DNA of 64,000 nucleotides, taken from positions 45,615,883-45,679,882 of the forward strand of contig NC_069000.1 in assembly GCF_001194135.2 (NCBI RefSeq). The letters run 5' to 3'. Below are positions 63,908-64,000 of this stretch, one piece after another (position 1 is the stretch's first letter; each line of letters starts with the position of its first letter). Position numbers and translations under genes: made by a program. The notes beneath the pieces are model-generated. The model ran no database searches. It was not told the origin of the DNA and worked only from the letters and a program-made list of their open reading frames with translations. The DNA comes from Octopus bimaculoides (taxonomy: Eukaryota).

Positions 63908-64000
<93 letters not shown>
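63908..64000. repeat. (ATT)n microsatellite
   Basis: Direct reading. Confidence 0.98.

Overview
AT-rich, non-coding animal DNA from a gapped short-read assembly. There are dozens of N-gaps, mostly bordered by (TA)n/(CA)n tracts, and nearly all long ORFs in the track are microsatellite or N artefacts. The SINE families and extreme microsatellite density look like an octopus (cephalopod) genome; this is recognition from memory, not a database result. No intact host gene, rRNA, true tRNA or CRISPR array can be supported. The window is a transposon graveyard. It holds at least three tRNA-derived SINE families, several mariner/Tc1 remnants (one near full length), R4/Dong-like and RTE LINE fragments, a hAT MITE and other MITE/foldback hairpins. 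It also holds a Maverick/Polinton remnant (PLA2-like gene plus integrase). Two signals stand out. (1) A set of minimal type I hammerhead-ribozyme-like motifs, mostly in short Penelope-like units next to (TA)n tracts, nearly all with non-canonical catalytic cores. (2) Two unexplained decayed coding-like blocks that share an exactly spaced CCCTATAGAG-N8-GCCAGCGCTA motif at one end; one contains an internal peptide repeat with synonymous divergence. A few isolated candidate exons and promoter/CTCF motifs are reported at low confidence.
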